The position numbers were made by a program, and so were the translations under genes. The notes under the pieces are model-generated. The model saw only the letters and a program-made list of their open reading frames with translations, did not search any database and was not told the origin of the DNA. From sequence record NC_007623.1: 64,000 bases of DNA. One strand, given 5' to 3'. Position 1 is the stretch's first letter. Each line of letters starts with the position of its first letter. Below are positions 28,464 to 37,854 of this stretch, piece after piece.

Positions 28464-29348
28464 ATGCCGAAGAATGAGAACAATCCTGATAAACAAGGTC
28501 TTACGTCTATCTCTGATGAAGACTTGGATAAGGCACTCAACGAACTGGACAACGCAGGGGAAGACGTAACTCCGGTGTCCGAAGAGACCACTACGCGGCA
28601 TCCGGGTACGTCGGATATCCTCAACCGCTATTCACATCCCGCCCTTCAGCCGAAGAAGGGAACCCCTGAATACATCGAGTGGAAAGCCGCTCTCAAACAG
28701 AAGGAGGACCGATTAGTGGAATCCTTGAAGACTTCGGTGACCCAGGAACATGAAGAGAATGTCCTGAAAGGGAATACCCTGGGTACTAAACCGAAGACCA
28801 AGCAGGTAGAAGGCCTGTTGGAGATGGTGGTTCGTAAGAAGGCTGAACTCACCCAAGAAGACACCGTAGACGCCGCAGAACGCGCATTGGCAGCGCTGAA
28901 GCGGGTGCGGGAATATAACCGTAAGAAACGTATTCGACTGTGGTGTATTGTTGTCGGGCTCTTGGTGGTTGTGGGAAGTGGTCTCTATGGGGGGTGGATG
29001 TTCGTCCAGAAACAAATGCTCACCGGTCATTACACCGTGGTCGCGGAGTGCAAAGTCCCTTACGGGGATTTTGAAATTACCGGTAAGCGGTACTACCGCT
29101 ACGCGTATCAATCGATTCTGGGTTACCACCTCGTGGATGAGGGTACGGTCGAAGAAGTCACCGAAGTCAAACTCCCTGGGGATAAAATCATTATCCTGGG
29201 ATTCGATGCGAGTAAAGGGAACTGGTGGCGGATGAACTATGACCGGGGAGAATTCGGTACCGTTAAACTCAAACCTACAGATAAGTACTGGTTCGTCGGC
29301 GAGAAAGACCGTACCACCCTGGTACCTTATCACTCGTTCTGCCATTAA
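28464..29348 (+). CDS. Single-pass membrane protein
   Basis: Charged N-terminal domain, RKKR followed by TM segment IRLWCIVVGLLVVVGSGLYGGWMFV, beta-rich C-terminal domain. Confidence 0.7.
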   Translation: MPKNENNPDKQGLTSISDEDLDKALNELDNAGEDVTPVSEETTTRHPGTSDILNRYSHPALQPKKGTPEYIEWKAALKQKEDRLVESLKTSVTQEHEENVLKGNTLGTKPKTKQVEGLLEMVVRKKAELTQEDTVDAAERALAALKRVREYNRKKRIRLWCIVVGLLVVVGSGLYGGWMFVQKQMLTGHYTVVAECKVPYGDFEITGKRYYRYAYQSILGYHLVDEGTVEEVTEVKLPGDKIIILGFDASKGNWWRMNYDRGEFGTVKLKPTDKYWFVGEKDRTTLVPYHSFCH

Positions 29349-29377
29349 ACGGTAACCTTACCGAGGGAGTCAATCCC

Positions 29378-29956
29378 ATGCTGAATACTTCAGACCAACC
29401 TGTGGGTCTCTTGTCCAGTCGATTGTACATCGATCCCAACGATGGTTCTTTCTTTACCGGTCATTTGGAAAAGTCCCACAAGAAACGGTGTCACTTAGTA
29501 CGCCACAAGCTCCAATACGCGATCCGGTATTATTCATCCGTTAAACTGCCCGAGGGGTGGTTGGTGGGGATCAGTGACCGGGAGGCAAGCCGGTATTACT
29601 TCTTCCCTACCCAGGGAAAACGGAGGAGTATTCTGGTTCCTTTACCCAGTACAGCGTACCGAGAGATCTGGTTTAACCTGTTTAAAGGGATCTGGATGAC
29701 TGGTACCCGGGAGGCTATCTACCTGCACAGTGTGGCGTATCCCCATCTCATGGAGCTCTTGAACGAATCCTTAGTCCCCAGAGTGATTTCTGTTGAAGGT
29801 GAATGGAAAGGGGAAGGGTATATTGCGTCTCTGGAATGGAAGCCTGAAAAACCCGGTCGGTTGATCGTAACAACGACCTTGGATAATGCTAAAGACCACA
29901 GTGTTCCGATCCAATGGCATCCCATCGATGCGGTGGTTCGTCTCATCCGAAAGTAA
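29378..29956 (+). CDS. Hypothetical protein
   Basis: GGGAG RBS; 192 aa. Confidence 0.6.
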   Translation: MLNTSDQPVGLLSSRLYIDPNDGSFFTGHLEKSHKKRCHLVRHKLQYAIRYYSSVKLPEGWLVGISDREASRYYFFPTQGKRRSILVPLPSTAYREIWFNLFKGIWMTGTREAIYLHSVAYPHLMELLNESLVPRVISVEGEWKGEGYIASLEWKPEKPGRLIVTTTLDNAKDHSVPIQWHPIDAVVRLIRK

Positions 29957-29968
29957 GAGGATTACATC

Positions 29969-30832
29969 ATGAAAGAAGAAAACCAGAAGAAGACCAACAG
30001 TTTCCAAGGTGGCGATGTTCGGGTAGTGTCTTCTAAGACGCATCCCGGTAAATCGAAATTCCTCCCGGTAAACCTCATGGGACCGGATACGATCGAGAAC
30101 CCTGACCAACTGGTCCTCCAAGTTCATCACCGTCTGACCGAAGGCCAGAAAGCGTTCTACCACACCCTGGAAACCTACGGGCTGTGTAAGGCCTACAGTT
30201 CGTCACCCGATCCCCGTACGTTGGTGATCAACATCGCTACCGGTCTTCCCCACACCAAGGAAGAGAAAGACGCTCCTCGCCGCAGCATCGAGCTGGACGC
30301 CGGCATTATCCTCTATGCGGTTATCAGCGAACGGGAGGGTGGGGCCTTCAAAATCGTCATCGTGGGAACCGCTACCCATACGTCTTATTTGGTGATCCGT
30401 GAGGACGTTGCCTTCTCGTTTATCATCGATAAGGTGTCTTTGTCGGTTCAGGATGCGGTAGTCGCCCTGTACGCCAGCAACCTCAGCAAAGGTCGAGGGC
30501 TCTTCGAGAACACCGCTAAACACCTTCCGGACTTCTTCTACAAGCTGTTTAAAGCGGTCTTCCCGGAAATGGTTCGTCTGGAATTCACGATCACTCACAT
30601 TCATGAAGACAGTGTTCGCGTTGCGCTGTACTGGGATCCTAGGGGACCTAACAAGAATCTCATTGCCTGCAATGGGTTTGTCTTCCCGTTGGACATTTCC
30701 CAGTTCCCGGGTAAACAAATCTCCCGGGGGTATAACCTCCAGAAGAAAGAAACCCGTCATGTCGCTCACAAACAAAAGACATCTGACCTGTCAGTCAATA
30801 CCCAGCGTCTGTTGGAAAAGTTCTCGAAATAG
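29969..30832 (+). CDS. Hypothetical protein
   Basis: GAGG RBS; 287 aa. Confidence 0.65.
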   Translation: MKEENQKKTNSFQGGDVRVVSSKTHPGKSKFLPVNLMGPDTIENPDQLVLQVHHRLTEGQKAFYHTLETYGLCKAYSSSPDPRTLVINIATGLPHTKEEKDAPRRSIELDAGIILYAVISEREGGAFKIVIVGTATHTSYLVIREDVAFSFIIDKVSLSVQDAVVALYASNLSKGRGLFENTAKHLPDFFYKLFKAVFPEMVRLEFTITHIHEDSVRVALYWDPRGPNKNLIACNGFVFPLDISQFPGKQISRGYNLQKKETRHVAHKQKTSDLSVNTQRLLEKFSK

Positions 30833-30915
30833 TCTGTGAGTACGAGGTGGGGGGTAACACCCCTACCTCTACCTATGCTGTAACGCGCTGTAACACCCTT
30901 TAAAGAGTTTTTAAC

Positions 30916-31416
30916 ATGAAAGGTACCCTACCCCATTACCAGATCAGAATTATCGCTAGAAGTGCCTTTACAGACGATTTAAAGGAGAGACTCAAACCAC
31001 TGTATGAAAACCTCTTTCACCACGAACTCCATCTCGTCATTGGTACTAAAACAACCCGTAAGCTGTTTAAACCCTCCGCCCGTAAAAATCCCCACCCCTC
31101 CGTTATTGAGAAACGGTACGAAGACTTCTTCAAAGTAACCGACAAGATAGTACTCGTTACTCACTTGGGAGAAGCCGTGGGATATCTGGCGGTGGTTAAG
31201 AACAAGATCACCTCACTCTTTGTTGAAGAAGACTTCCGGAAGCTAGGCTTAGGGCGGATCATGGTGTCCAAGTTACAACGGGGTGGACATCCTGTGAACC
31301 GGTTCCTCTACGTTCAATGCTTTACCCAGAATACAGCTGGTATCAACTTCTACCGGAAAGTTGGGTTTAAGGAAATTGACAGAGGAGAGATCTACACGGT
31401 TTTGTTAATGGAATAA
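30916..31416 (+). CDS. GNAT-family acetyltransferase
   Basis: ITSLFVEEDFRKLGLGRIMV and NTAGINFYRKVGF motifs. Confidence 0.85.
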   Translation: MKGTLPHYQIRIIARSAFTDDLKERLKPLYENLFHHELHLVIGTKTTRKLFKPSARKNPHPSVIEKRYEDFFKVTDKIVLVTHLGEAVGYLAVVKNKITSLFVEEDFRKLGLGRIMVSKLQRGGHPVNRFLYVQCFTQNTAGINFYRKVGFKEIDRGEIYTVLLME

Positions 31417-31424
31417 ACACCGTA

Positions 31425-31454
31425 CTAGGAGTAGCCCATAAGGGCTACTCCTAG
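31425..31454. terminator. Bidirectional hairpin between convergent genes
   Basis: CTAGGAGTAGCCC-ataa-GGGCTACTCCTAG. Confidence 0.7.
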
Positions 31455-31474
31455 GGGTGTATTTTATTTTTGTT

Positions 31475-32401
31475 TCAAAAGAAGCGGTAGATATCACGGT
31501 AGCGTCCTGCTTGGTAGTAATCTCCTGATCCAATGGTGGAGGAATTAACACCCCCTACCAGGTAAATCCCACTGTCATCCGTGAGCATCTCAAAGGCATA
31601 CCGTTTAGTTACCGTGGTCATTTGCTTGTACCAACGGTCTTTCAGTATGTCGTAAATATGGAACACGATGTAACCGTTTTCAACACCACAGAGAATCAGG
31701 AACTGTTTCCACGAAGTCCCCCCAGTCCAACTACTGGCAATAGGTGCTTCTGTTACCGTTCTCCAGGTGTTGGTAACGGGATCGTATTCCCTGACCAATC
31801 TTGACGTACCCGCGGGGTCGTTCCATCCCCCGAATACATAGATCTTTCCATTGAACTGTCCGATGTAATGCCCATTGAGCGCCATCGGCATATCCGCTTT
31901 ACGGGTCCAGACGTTGGTGGTGGTGTCATACTGGTGGTTGAGGGCTGTGGGTTTATTGGTACTCCCCATGTAACCCCCCATGCAGAAGATCGTCTTATCA
32001 TCCAGGGTAATACACCGACCTTGTCCTCGGGCTCCATCCGGGAGGTTATTCAAGTTCGTTGAAGACCCTGTTGAAGGATTCAATTTCCACACGTGACTCA
32101 CATAGTTCCCATTATTACCGGTAATACCCCAGAAGGAACTGTTGCAGTAACACCCGCCACTCCAGGCCCATACGGAGATATTCCCGGTAGTGGCCCACGT
32201 ACGGGTGGTAAAGTCATAACGGGTATACGTCTGTTGTTGACCCCCACCGGCAAACTGACCTCCGAAGATATGAATCTTCCCTCCACCGATACCCGCACTG
32301 AAGTTAGCAATACCGTTGAAAGGAACTTGAGTCACCCATTCCATTCGTCCCAGAATGTAGGGGTTATCATCAGAAAGGGTAAATAGTTGACTCTCTAACA
32401 T
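31475..32401 (-). CDS. Kelch-repeat beta-propeller protein
   Basis: Repeated IHIFGG / IFCMGG / IYVFGG / IYLVGG followed by Y(D)..T..W. Confidence 0.85.
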   Translation of the reverse strand: MLESQLFTLSDDNPYILGRMEWVTQVPFNGIANFSAGIGGGKIHIFGGQFAGGGQQQTYTRYDFTTRTWATTGNISVWAWSGGCYCNSSFWGITGNNGNYVSHVWKLNPSTGSSTNLNNLPDGARGQGRCITLDDKTIFCMGGYMGSTNKPTALNHQYDTTTNVWTRKADMPMALNGHYIGQFNGKIYVFGGWNDPAGTSRLVREYDPVTNTWRTVTEAPIASSWTGGTSWKQFLILCGVENGYIVFHIYDILKDRWYKQMTTVTKRYAFEMLTDDSGIYLVGGVNSSTIGSGDYYQAGRYRDIYRFF

Positions 32402-32446
32402 GAAGCCGCTCCTAAAGAGAGGGAGTTAATCCCTCTCTTACTGATT

Positions 32447-33115
32447 TCAGTTCAACACAAACAAAGGACCCGGAACGGAAGGGAGTTCCTCTGCGACGGT
32501 GGCTGCTTCGGCTCTATCCATAAGGGACCATATCGTTTCCAGTCCTTCCTGGATACGAGAAGTCACTTCATTGGACAAGTCAATGGTTTCTTGAGCGGTC
32601 AGAGAAAGCGTTACACCTTCCTTGGTACGAATAGAAGCGGAGAAGGGTTTCTCCTCACGCAATGCTTCTTTCGCCTGGATACTCAAGGCCGTCAAATGGA
32701 TTCGGTGGGTGGATTCGATCAAGAGGGTGTGGGCCGTCTCCCCGAATCGCACTTCCATGCCTGTGTAGAACGCCGCTGCAATCACATTCTGGATTTCATT
32801 CTTACGAATGTCCTTAGCGGATCGGAGGCGTTCTGCGACTTCCTCAGGGGTAAAATCCCGAGTGGTCCACTGCTGGGTCCAATACCCATCAATCTGTTTA
32901 GGGGGAAGTTCAACCGGTACATCCCCGGCGGGTGGCTGGGTCAATTGAACGACAGCCATCAGGAAGGGTTCTCCTTCCAAGGCACTGGCTTGTAGCTTAC
33001 TGGGAATGGGCCAGTCAGGGAACTTCTTCCGAACATCCTCAATGTAAAGAGGATATTCCCCCGTACGCGTGTCAATCAAGGCGGTGCTTTCATACACCAC
33101 AGTTACCCTATCCAT
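32447..33115 (-). CDS. Tail-fibre assembly chaperone-like protein (DUF4376-like C-terminus)
   Basis: TGEYPLY..., GYWTQQW, then a helical ...IRTKEGVTLSLTAQE...AT..EEL pattern; RBS favours ATG 33115. Confidence 0.55.
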   Translation of the reverse strand: MDRVTVVYESTALIDTRTGEYPLYIEDVRKKFPDWPIPSKLQASALEGEPFLMAVVQLTQPPAGDVPVELPPKQIDGYWTQQWTTRDFTPEEVAERLRSAKDIRKNEIQNVIAAAFYTGMEVRFGETAHTLLIESTHRIHLTALSIQAKEALREEKPFSASIRTKEGVTLSLTAQETIDLSNEVTSRIQEGLETIWSLMDRAEAATVAEELPSVPGPLFVLN

Positions 33116-33129
33116 ACTCATTCTCCTCA

Positions 33130-34632
33130 TTACGTGATTTTAATCCGATACCCTTGGGAACCGCCAAAGAGGTAGAGGGCTTGGTTGTAGTTCACCCCCC
33201 ACGCACTCGTAGCAACACCCGAGCCCAAACTTCCCAATAGCACCCACTTGTTCAACCGAGGTTCAAAATACTGAATTGGTTGATCATTAACACTCCCCGC
33301 AATCGCGTAGAGTTCTCCATTGTTCCCCAGTACAAAGGCTGCACCAACTGGGATACCAGGAAGAGTCACCGTTGTCCAGGTGTTCGTAGCCGGGTTATAC
33401 TGGTACATCCCAGGGTTGTTCGCCCCCGCCACTACCCCACCAATAACACTCACCTTCCCTTGGTAAACCATTACCGTAAAGTCAGAACAATCTCCACTCT
33501 CAGCGAAGGCCTTAAGGACAGTGTGGGTATTGGCAACAGGATCGTACGCGATCAAGAAGCCTTTATTCGTGGTGGGTGTTCCTGACTGTACCCCGCAGAT
33601 GTACACCTTCCCATTGAGATAAACCGCTCCACCTGTCAGCGGAGTCAGGGGCATATTAGGTAAACGGGTAACGATGTTCGTAGTGGGATTATACCCGTAC
33701 GCATCATTCGCAGCGCCTCCTAGGAAGTAAAGAACATCCTTACCATCAGAAACCAGGATGGAGTTCTTCCGGGGGGGATTGGTAGGCCCTGTTGGACTCA
33801 GGGTTTCAAGTACCCGGGTTTCAAAGTTAACCCGACGGAACTCTTTGGTAGCGGTCTCTACCCCACCGTAGTAGTAAATATGGTTTCCATGGACACATCC
33901 CCGTCCGGTATTGAATAACAATGAACCCGGCCAGTTATCCATCGCCTCACTCTGACCTTCAATAAACGGGTACGTCCCCTTGGCATACAGAATAGGGCGC
34001 CATCCCTGGGTAGGGACTTCAGAATCACTGGCAGAGTACGTGACATTCCTAATGGTGTACCACCCCCGATACGCTTGAGTGGTACCGGGTTCATTACCCG
34101 TAATGTCTTTACCCCAGTTGGTATTCCCGTCAGTATTCCCACCACTGGCCGCTTGATTCATCCCCAGTTCTGCATCCGTGAACCGAGTGGGCCAGTTGAA
34201 TCCATTGGGATCCGATACATGGACGTTATACAACAACCGGTCCCATTCAGACGTTGCTGTATTGCCATCACTCCCCATGGTCAAGAGACCTACGGTGTAA
34301 ATAACCCCCCGGTACCGTAGCTCATAGCTCCCTGTCCGTAGACCGGCTTGGGTCAACAGAATACGCCGAACATTATTCCGGATCGGCATTTGAGGAATGT
34401 AACAGGTTTCATTGTGGTTCGAAAACTTCAACCACGGTTTGCCTTCATTGATCACTTTACCAAAGGCAATCCCAGTGAGTTTCGCTAAATCCTCGTAACC
34501 AAACAATTCCGTTGCAGGAGTAATCCCGTACCATCCTTGGGCAGGACTACCTGCTTTCAGTTTAGAAGGCCCCGGATAAGGATCGTCCGGAAAGGCATTC
34601 GCGGTCGATGTAAAGAGTAACGCTTCTATCAT
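33130..34632 (-). CDS. Virion protein: phiKZ-like WLKF/SEW domain fused to a Kelch propeller
   Basis: GP..L.AG....GWYG....ELF..., PWLKF, SEWDRLLY in the N-terminal half; IYYYGG, LYFLGG, VYICG, VSVIGG, LYLFGG Kelch blades. Confidence 0.75.
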   Translation of the reverse strand: MIEALLFTSTANAFPDDPYPGPSKLKAGSPAQGWYGITPATELFGYEDLAKLTGIAFGKVINEGKPWLKFSNHNETCYIPQMPIRNNVRRILLTQAGLRTGSYELRYRGVIYTVGLLTMGSDGNTATSEWDRLLYNVHVSDPNGFNWPTRFTDAELGMNQAASGGNTDGNTNWGKDITGNEPGTTQAYRGWYTIRNVTYSASDSEVPTQGWRPILYAKGTYPFIEGQSEAMDNWPGSLLFNTGRGCVHGNHIYYYGGVETATKEFRRVNFETRVLETLSPTGPTNPPRKNSILVSDGKDVLYFLGGAANDAYGYNPTTNIVTRLPNMPLTPLTGGAVYLNGKVYICGVQSGTPTTNKGFLIAYDPVANTHTVLKAFAESGDCSDFTVMVYQGKVSVIGGVVAGANNPGMYQYNPATNTWTTVTLPGIPVGAAFVLGNNGELYAIAGSVNDQPIQYFEPRLNKWVLLGSLGSGVATSAWGVNYNQALYLFGGSQGYRIKIT

Positions 34633-34696
34633 GATGACTTATACCCCAAAAAGAATACCAGGGAGACCCCGTAGAGCCCCCCTGGTAGTCATACTG

Positions 34697-37600
34697 TTAA
34701 GGAACAACAGCCCCCAACGCACCAATCCATTTGGTTCCATTCCAGGTAAAGACGTAGACCAGTTCAGATCCACTGACGGATGGGGGAGTTCCGTTATGCC
34801 ACACCAAGGGTGTTGCATCCTTACCAGCGAAGGTCACAACACCCGCTCCGCCGGTGACATTAACCGTCAGGACCATCCCACGTACCGGGGCTTTAGGTCC
34901 ATCAGCAATCACCATTTGCTTACCCCCCGCCGCGGTGTTATTGATCTGGATGTACTGATCCACCAACGGATTGATTTCCCCACTGGTCGTAAAGACCTTA
35001 ATCGGCAAATCATAGCGGTCAAAGGTGAGATCCAACTCCTTCCATTCAGGAATATCCGTACCGGCACGGAAGACCCGAACGTACTGTTTACCATCCTTGG
35101 CTTGGAGGTCTTCAATACCCTTCGGAAACTCAATAGCTTTCCATTCGGTACCGTCACCTTCTGCATTGACAGCCTGGGCGTAATACGACCCTGGAACCGC
35201 ATTCGGTACGGGACCAATAGGGAGGGGGACCCAACGGTTACCCAACCGGACAACCCGGCCTTCAGACTCCATGGGGGAATTGACATCACCCGCCACCAAA
35301 CGCCCCCACAGGACCCAACCCCGATCAACGGTCTTGTAGAACACATTGAAGGTCTCAGAGACTGCCCAGTCACCGACTCGACCACTGAAGGCATCCGAAG
35401 GTGCGTCTACACCCGGCGGCAACGTAAGCCACCGGCTGCCTTGCTCACCCTGAATACCGGGTTTCCCTTGAGGTCCGGGAGGACCGTCACCCCCGGTCTT
35501 ACCGGTTTGACCGCGCCATTCACCGGTTTCACGCCAGGCGTTAGTCGACGTACTCCAGATGGCTAGGGTGTTGGACTCCGCCAGGTAATACGCATCCCCC
35601 GCAACCCCCGCAGGAATAGCCGCTTGTAAAGCTGCCAGGTTCGCATAATCCCCTTTAATGGGTACCGTAGGACCTTCGGGGCCTTGTTCACCCCGTTCCC
35701 CGTTCTTACCCGGTTCACCCCGGAAATCAAACCCAGGACTCCACTCGCGCTCATCATTCACGAAATACGTTAAATGATTCTCCAGAACGAGGATAGCGTC
35801 ACCTTGCTTATAACCACCTGACGCAGGCAGTTCCGCCAAGGTGGGTACCACATCCACCATGTTCAACCCAGCACCGGGAGCGCCATCACTCCCTGGCATG
35901 GACACCGGACCCACGTTATCCCAACGAGTTCCGGTATTCACCCAGAGGTCTTTATTCAGGTCAACGTAGGCTTTACCTTGAGTTTCCTCGTTAATCGGAG
36001 GAGGATCGGCATCCGCAGGTGTCAGGACCTTAATGATGTCCAAGGACTTACCATTCAGGCCATCCTTACCGTCCTCACCATCCTTCCCTTTAAAGACACC
36101 CAGATTCGCCCATGCATTCGAAATGAATCCATAGATCGCGTTTTCATCACGAACAGCATAGACCCATTGATCTTCAGGATTCGCAGGAAGATCCGCTACT
36201 GTGTCAACCACACCCCGAAGAACAATGTTGGTACCGTCACGACCATGGAGGCTGGCTAGGAACTCCTCTTCACTGCCGGTGTTCCCTTTGGAAATCCAGA
36301 GTTCGTACGTGGACTGGCCATTGATACCATCTTCCCCTTTAAAGGGACCCAGGTCCAACCAGGTCGAACTCGCTGCACTCCATACGTACAACCGAAGGGT
36401 GTCTCGTGTCACATACCCATCTTGGTTAGCCGGAGGGTTGGGTAAGTTGTCCAGATCAACACGAGTCCCTACAGTCCCCAAGACATTCAGGTTCTCACCG
36501 GGTTCGCCTTTCATGGCCGCCCAGTAATCATCTTCCGTCTTACCTTGGTTCTCGGGTTTATTCAACCAGACCTGAACACTGTTCAGACCACCCGGTCCTG
36601 CATCACCCTTTTCCCCTTTAAACCCCCCCAGCTTCCGCCACGCGCTGTTCAGGTAGATGTACAGGGTATTCTCATCCTGAACCGAATAAACATCCTGTTC
36701 TACACCGGGGTTGGGGAGGTCATCTATGGTCGCTACGGTGTCTTTAACGATCAAATTACGACCGTCAACACCGTTTCTACCATCTTCTCCCTTGAATTGA
36801 CCCAGAATTACCCAGTTATTCTCAATCCACATACGGACTGTATTGTCCGCACGAACCGACCAGGCATCCTGTTCAACCGCGTTACTCGGGAGTTCACTGG
36901 CCAGGTCTACCGCCCCTTTCACCACGATACTCTTACCGTCGGTACCGTCCTTACCGTCCTTGCCCTTATACTGACCGACATCAACCCAATCCGTACGGTC
37001 TGCAATGTAGATCCACAGGTGGCCCGTATCCAACGTCACCCAGCCATGTTGATCAACCGGGTCTTTAGCATTCAGCGCATTACGGTCAGCCACCGTTCCC
37101 TGTACCTGAAGGTTAGCCCCGCGTTCACCCCGAATGGCTTCCTGCCACTCTGTAATGGTTTTGTTCTCGTTACCGGGAATCTTCTTCCAGGTTTCGAACG
37201 CATCATCTCCCTGAGCACCTTTATCTCCTCGTTGGGAAGCCAGGAATTCCTGAAGGGTCTTTTCTTCATTCCCAGGAATCTCTTTCCACAGCTCGAAGGT
37301 ACTCTTGCCGTCAGGACCTCGAATGTTCAAACTTTCCCAGACAAACTCACCCGCTGTTTTACCCGGAACCAGAACATGGATATCATTCCGCCACAGGTAG
37401 GCATCTCCGGGTTTATTCCCTTCAGGCAGTGGGAGATCGAGGTTGTCAGGCCAAACGCCCAACAGGTTAATCCCCCGTTCCCCTTGCAAGGAACCCGAAG
37501 ACGCCCATTCGTTACCGTTCCATACCCGTAGGGCAAAGTTAACGAAGTACGCGGTACCGATCGGAAGCTCTTGGGTATCAATAGCTTCCAGTTCAGCTTC

Positions 37601-37837
37601 CGAATTGAGTTTACCTTTAAGAACAACCCCTTGAGTTGAGAGGGATTCTAGACTCTCCTTCAACCACCGGGTACGCGCATCCAACACCCGAGCTTGGAAG
37701 TTAGCCGCACCCTCGCCGTTGTCTCCCCCGCGAACTCGTACGTCAGTCACCAAAGCCGGGAGGTGTTCTTCCCATCGAGACTCCTCGACAATCGCTGGTA
37801 GTTCACCCGGTGTTACTGTTTCATCGCCAATAGCCAT
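34697..37837 (-). CDS. Collagen-like tail fibre
   Basis: More than 12 Gly-X-Y segments interleaved with repeated globular modules; N-terminal AN.QARVLDARTR.LKE anchor. Confidence 0.8.
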   Translation of the reverse strand: MAIGDETVTPGELPAIVEESRWEEHLPALVTDVRVRGGDNGEGAANFQARVLDARTRWLKESLESLSTQGVVLKGKLNSEAELEAIDTQELPIGTAYFVNFALRVWNGNEWASSGSLQGERGINLLGVWPDNLDLPLPEGNKPGDAYLWRNDIHVLVPGKTAGEFVWESLNIRGPDGKSTFELWKEIPGNEEKTLQEFLASQRGDKGAQGDDAFETWKKIPGNENKTITEWQEAIRGERGANLQVQGTVADRNALNAKDPVDQHGWVTLDTGHLWIYIADRTDWVDVGQYKGKDGKDGTDGKSIVVKGAVDLASELPSNAVEQDAWSVRADNTVRMWIENNWVILGQFKGEDGRNGVDGRNLIVKDTVATIDDLPNPGVEQDVYSVQDENTLYIYLNSAWRKLGGFKGEKGDAGPGGLNSVQVWLNKPENQGKTEDDYWAAMKGEPGENLNVLGTVGTRVDLDNLPNPPANQDGYVTRDTLRLYVWSAASSTWLDLGPFKGEDGINGQSTYELWISKGNTGSEEEFLASLHGRDGTNIVLRGVVDTVADLPANPEDQWVYAVRDENAIYGFISNAWANLGVFKGKDGEDGKDGLNGKSLDIIKVLTPADADPPPINEETQGKAYVDLNKDLWVNTGTRWDNVGPVSMPGSDGAPGAGLNMVDVVPTLAELPASGGYKQGDAILVLENHLTYFVNDEREWSPGFDFRGEPGKNGERGEQGPEGPTVPIKGDYANLAALQAAIPAGVAGDAYYLAESNTLAIWSTSTNAWRETGEWRGQTGKTGGDGPPGPQGKPGIQGEQGSRWLTLPPGVDAPSDAFSGRVGDWAVSETFNVFYKTVDRGWVLWGRLVAGDVNSPMESEGRVVRLGNRWVPLPIGPVPNAVPGSYYAQAVNAEGDGTEWKAIEFPKGIEDLQAKDGKQYVRVFRAGTDIPEWKELDLTFDRYDLPIKVFTTSGEINPLVDQYIQINNTAAGGKQMVIADGPKAPVRGMVLTVNVTGGAGVVTFAGKDATPLVWHNGTPPSVSGSELVYVFTWNGTKWIGALGAVVP

Positions 37838-37854
37838 TTAAGAAATTCCTCTGA

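Noticed and set aside
34631-37531. Long plus-strand ORFs 34631-35566 and 36545-37531
   Set aside because: Antisense to the collagen fibre; codon bias of Gly-rich repeats removes stops on the opposite strand
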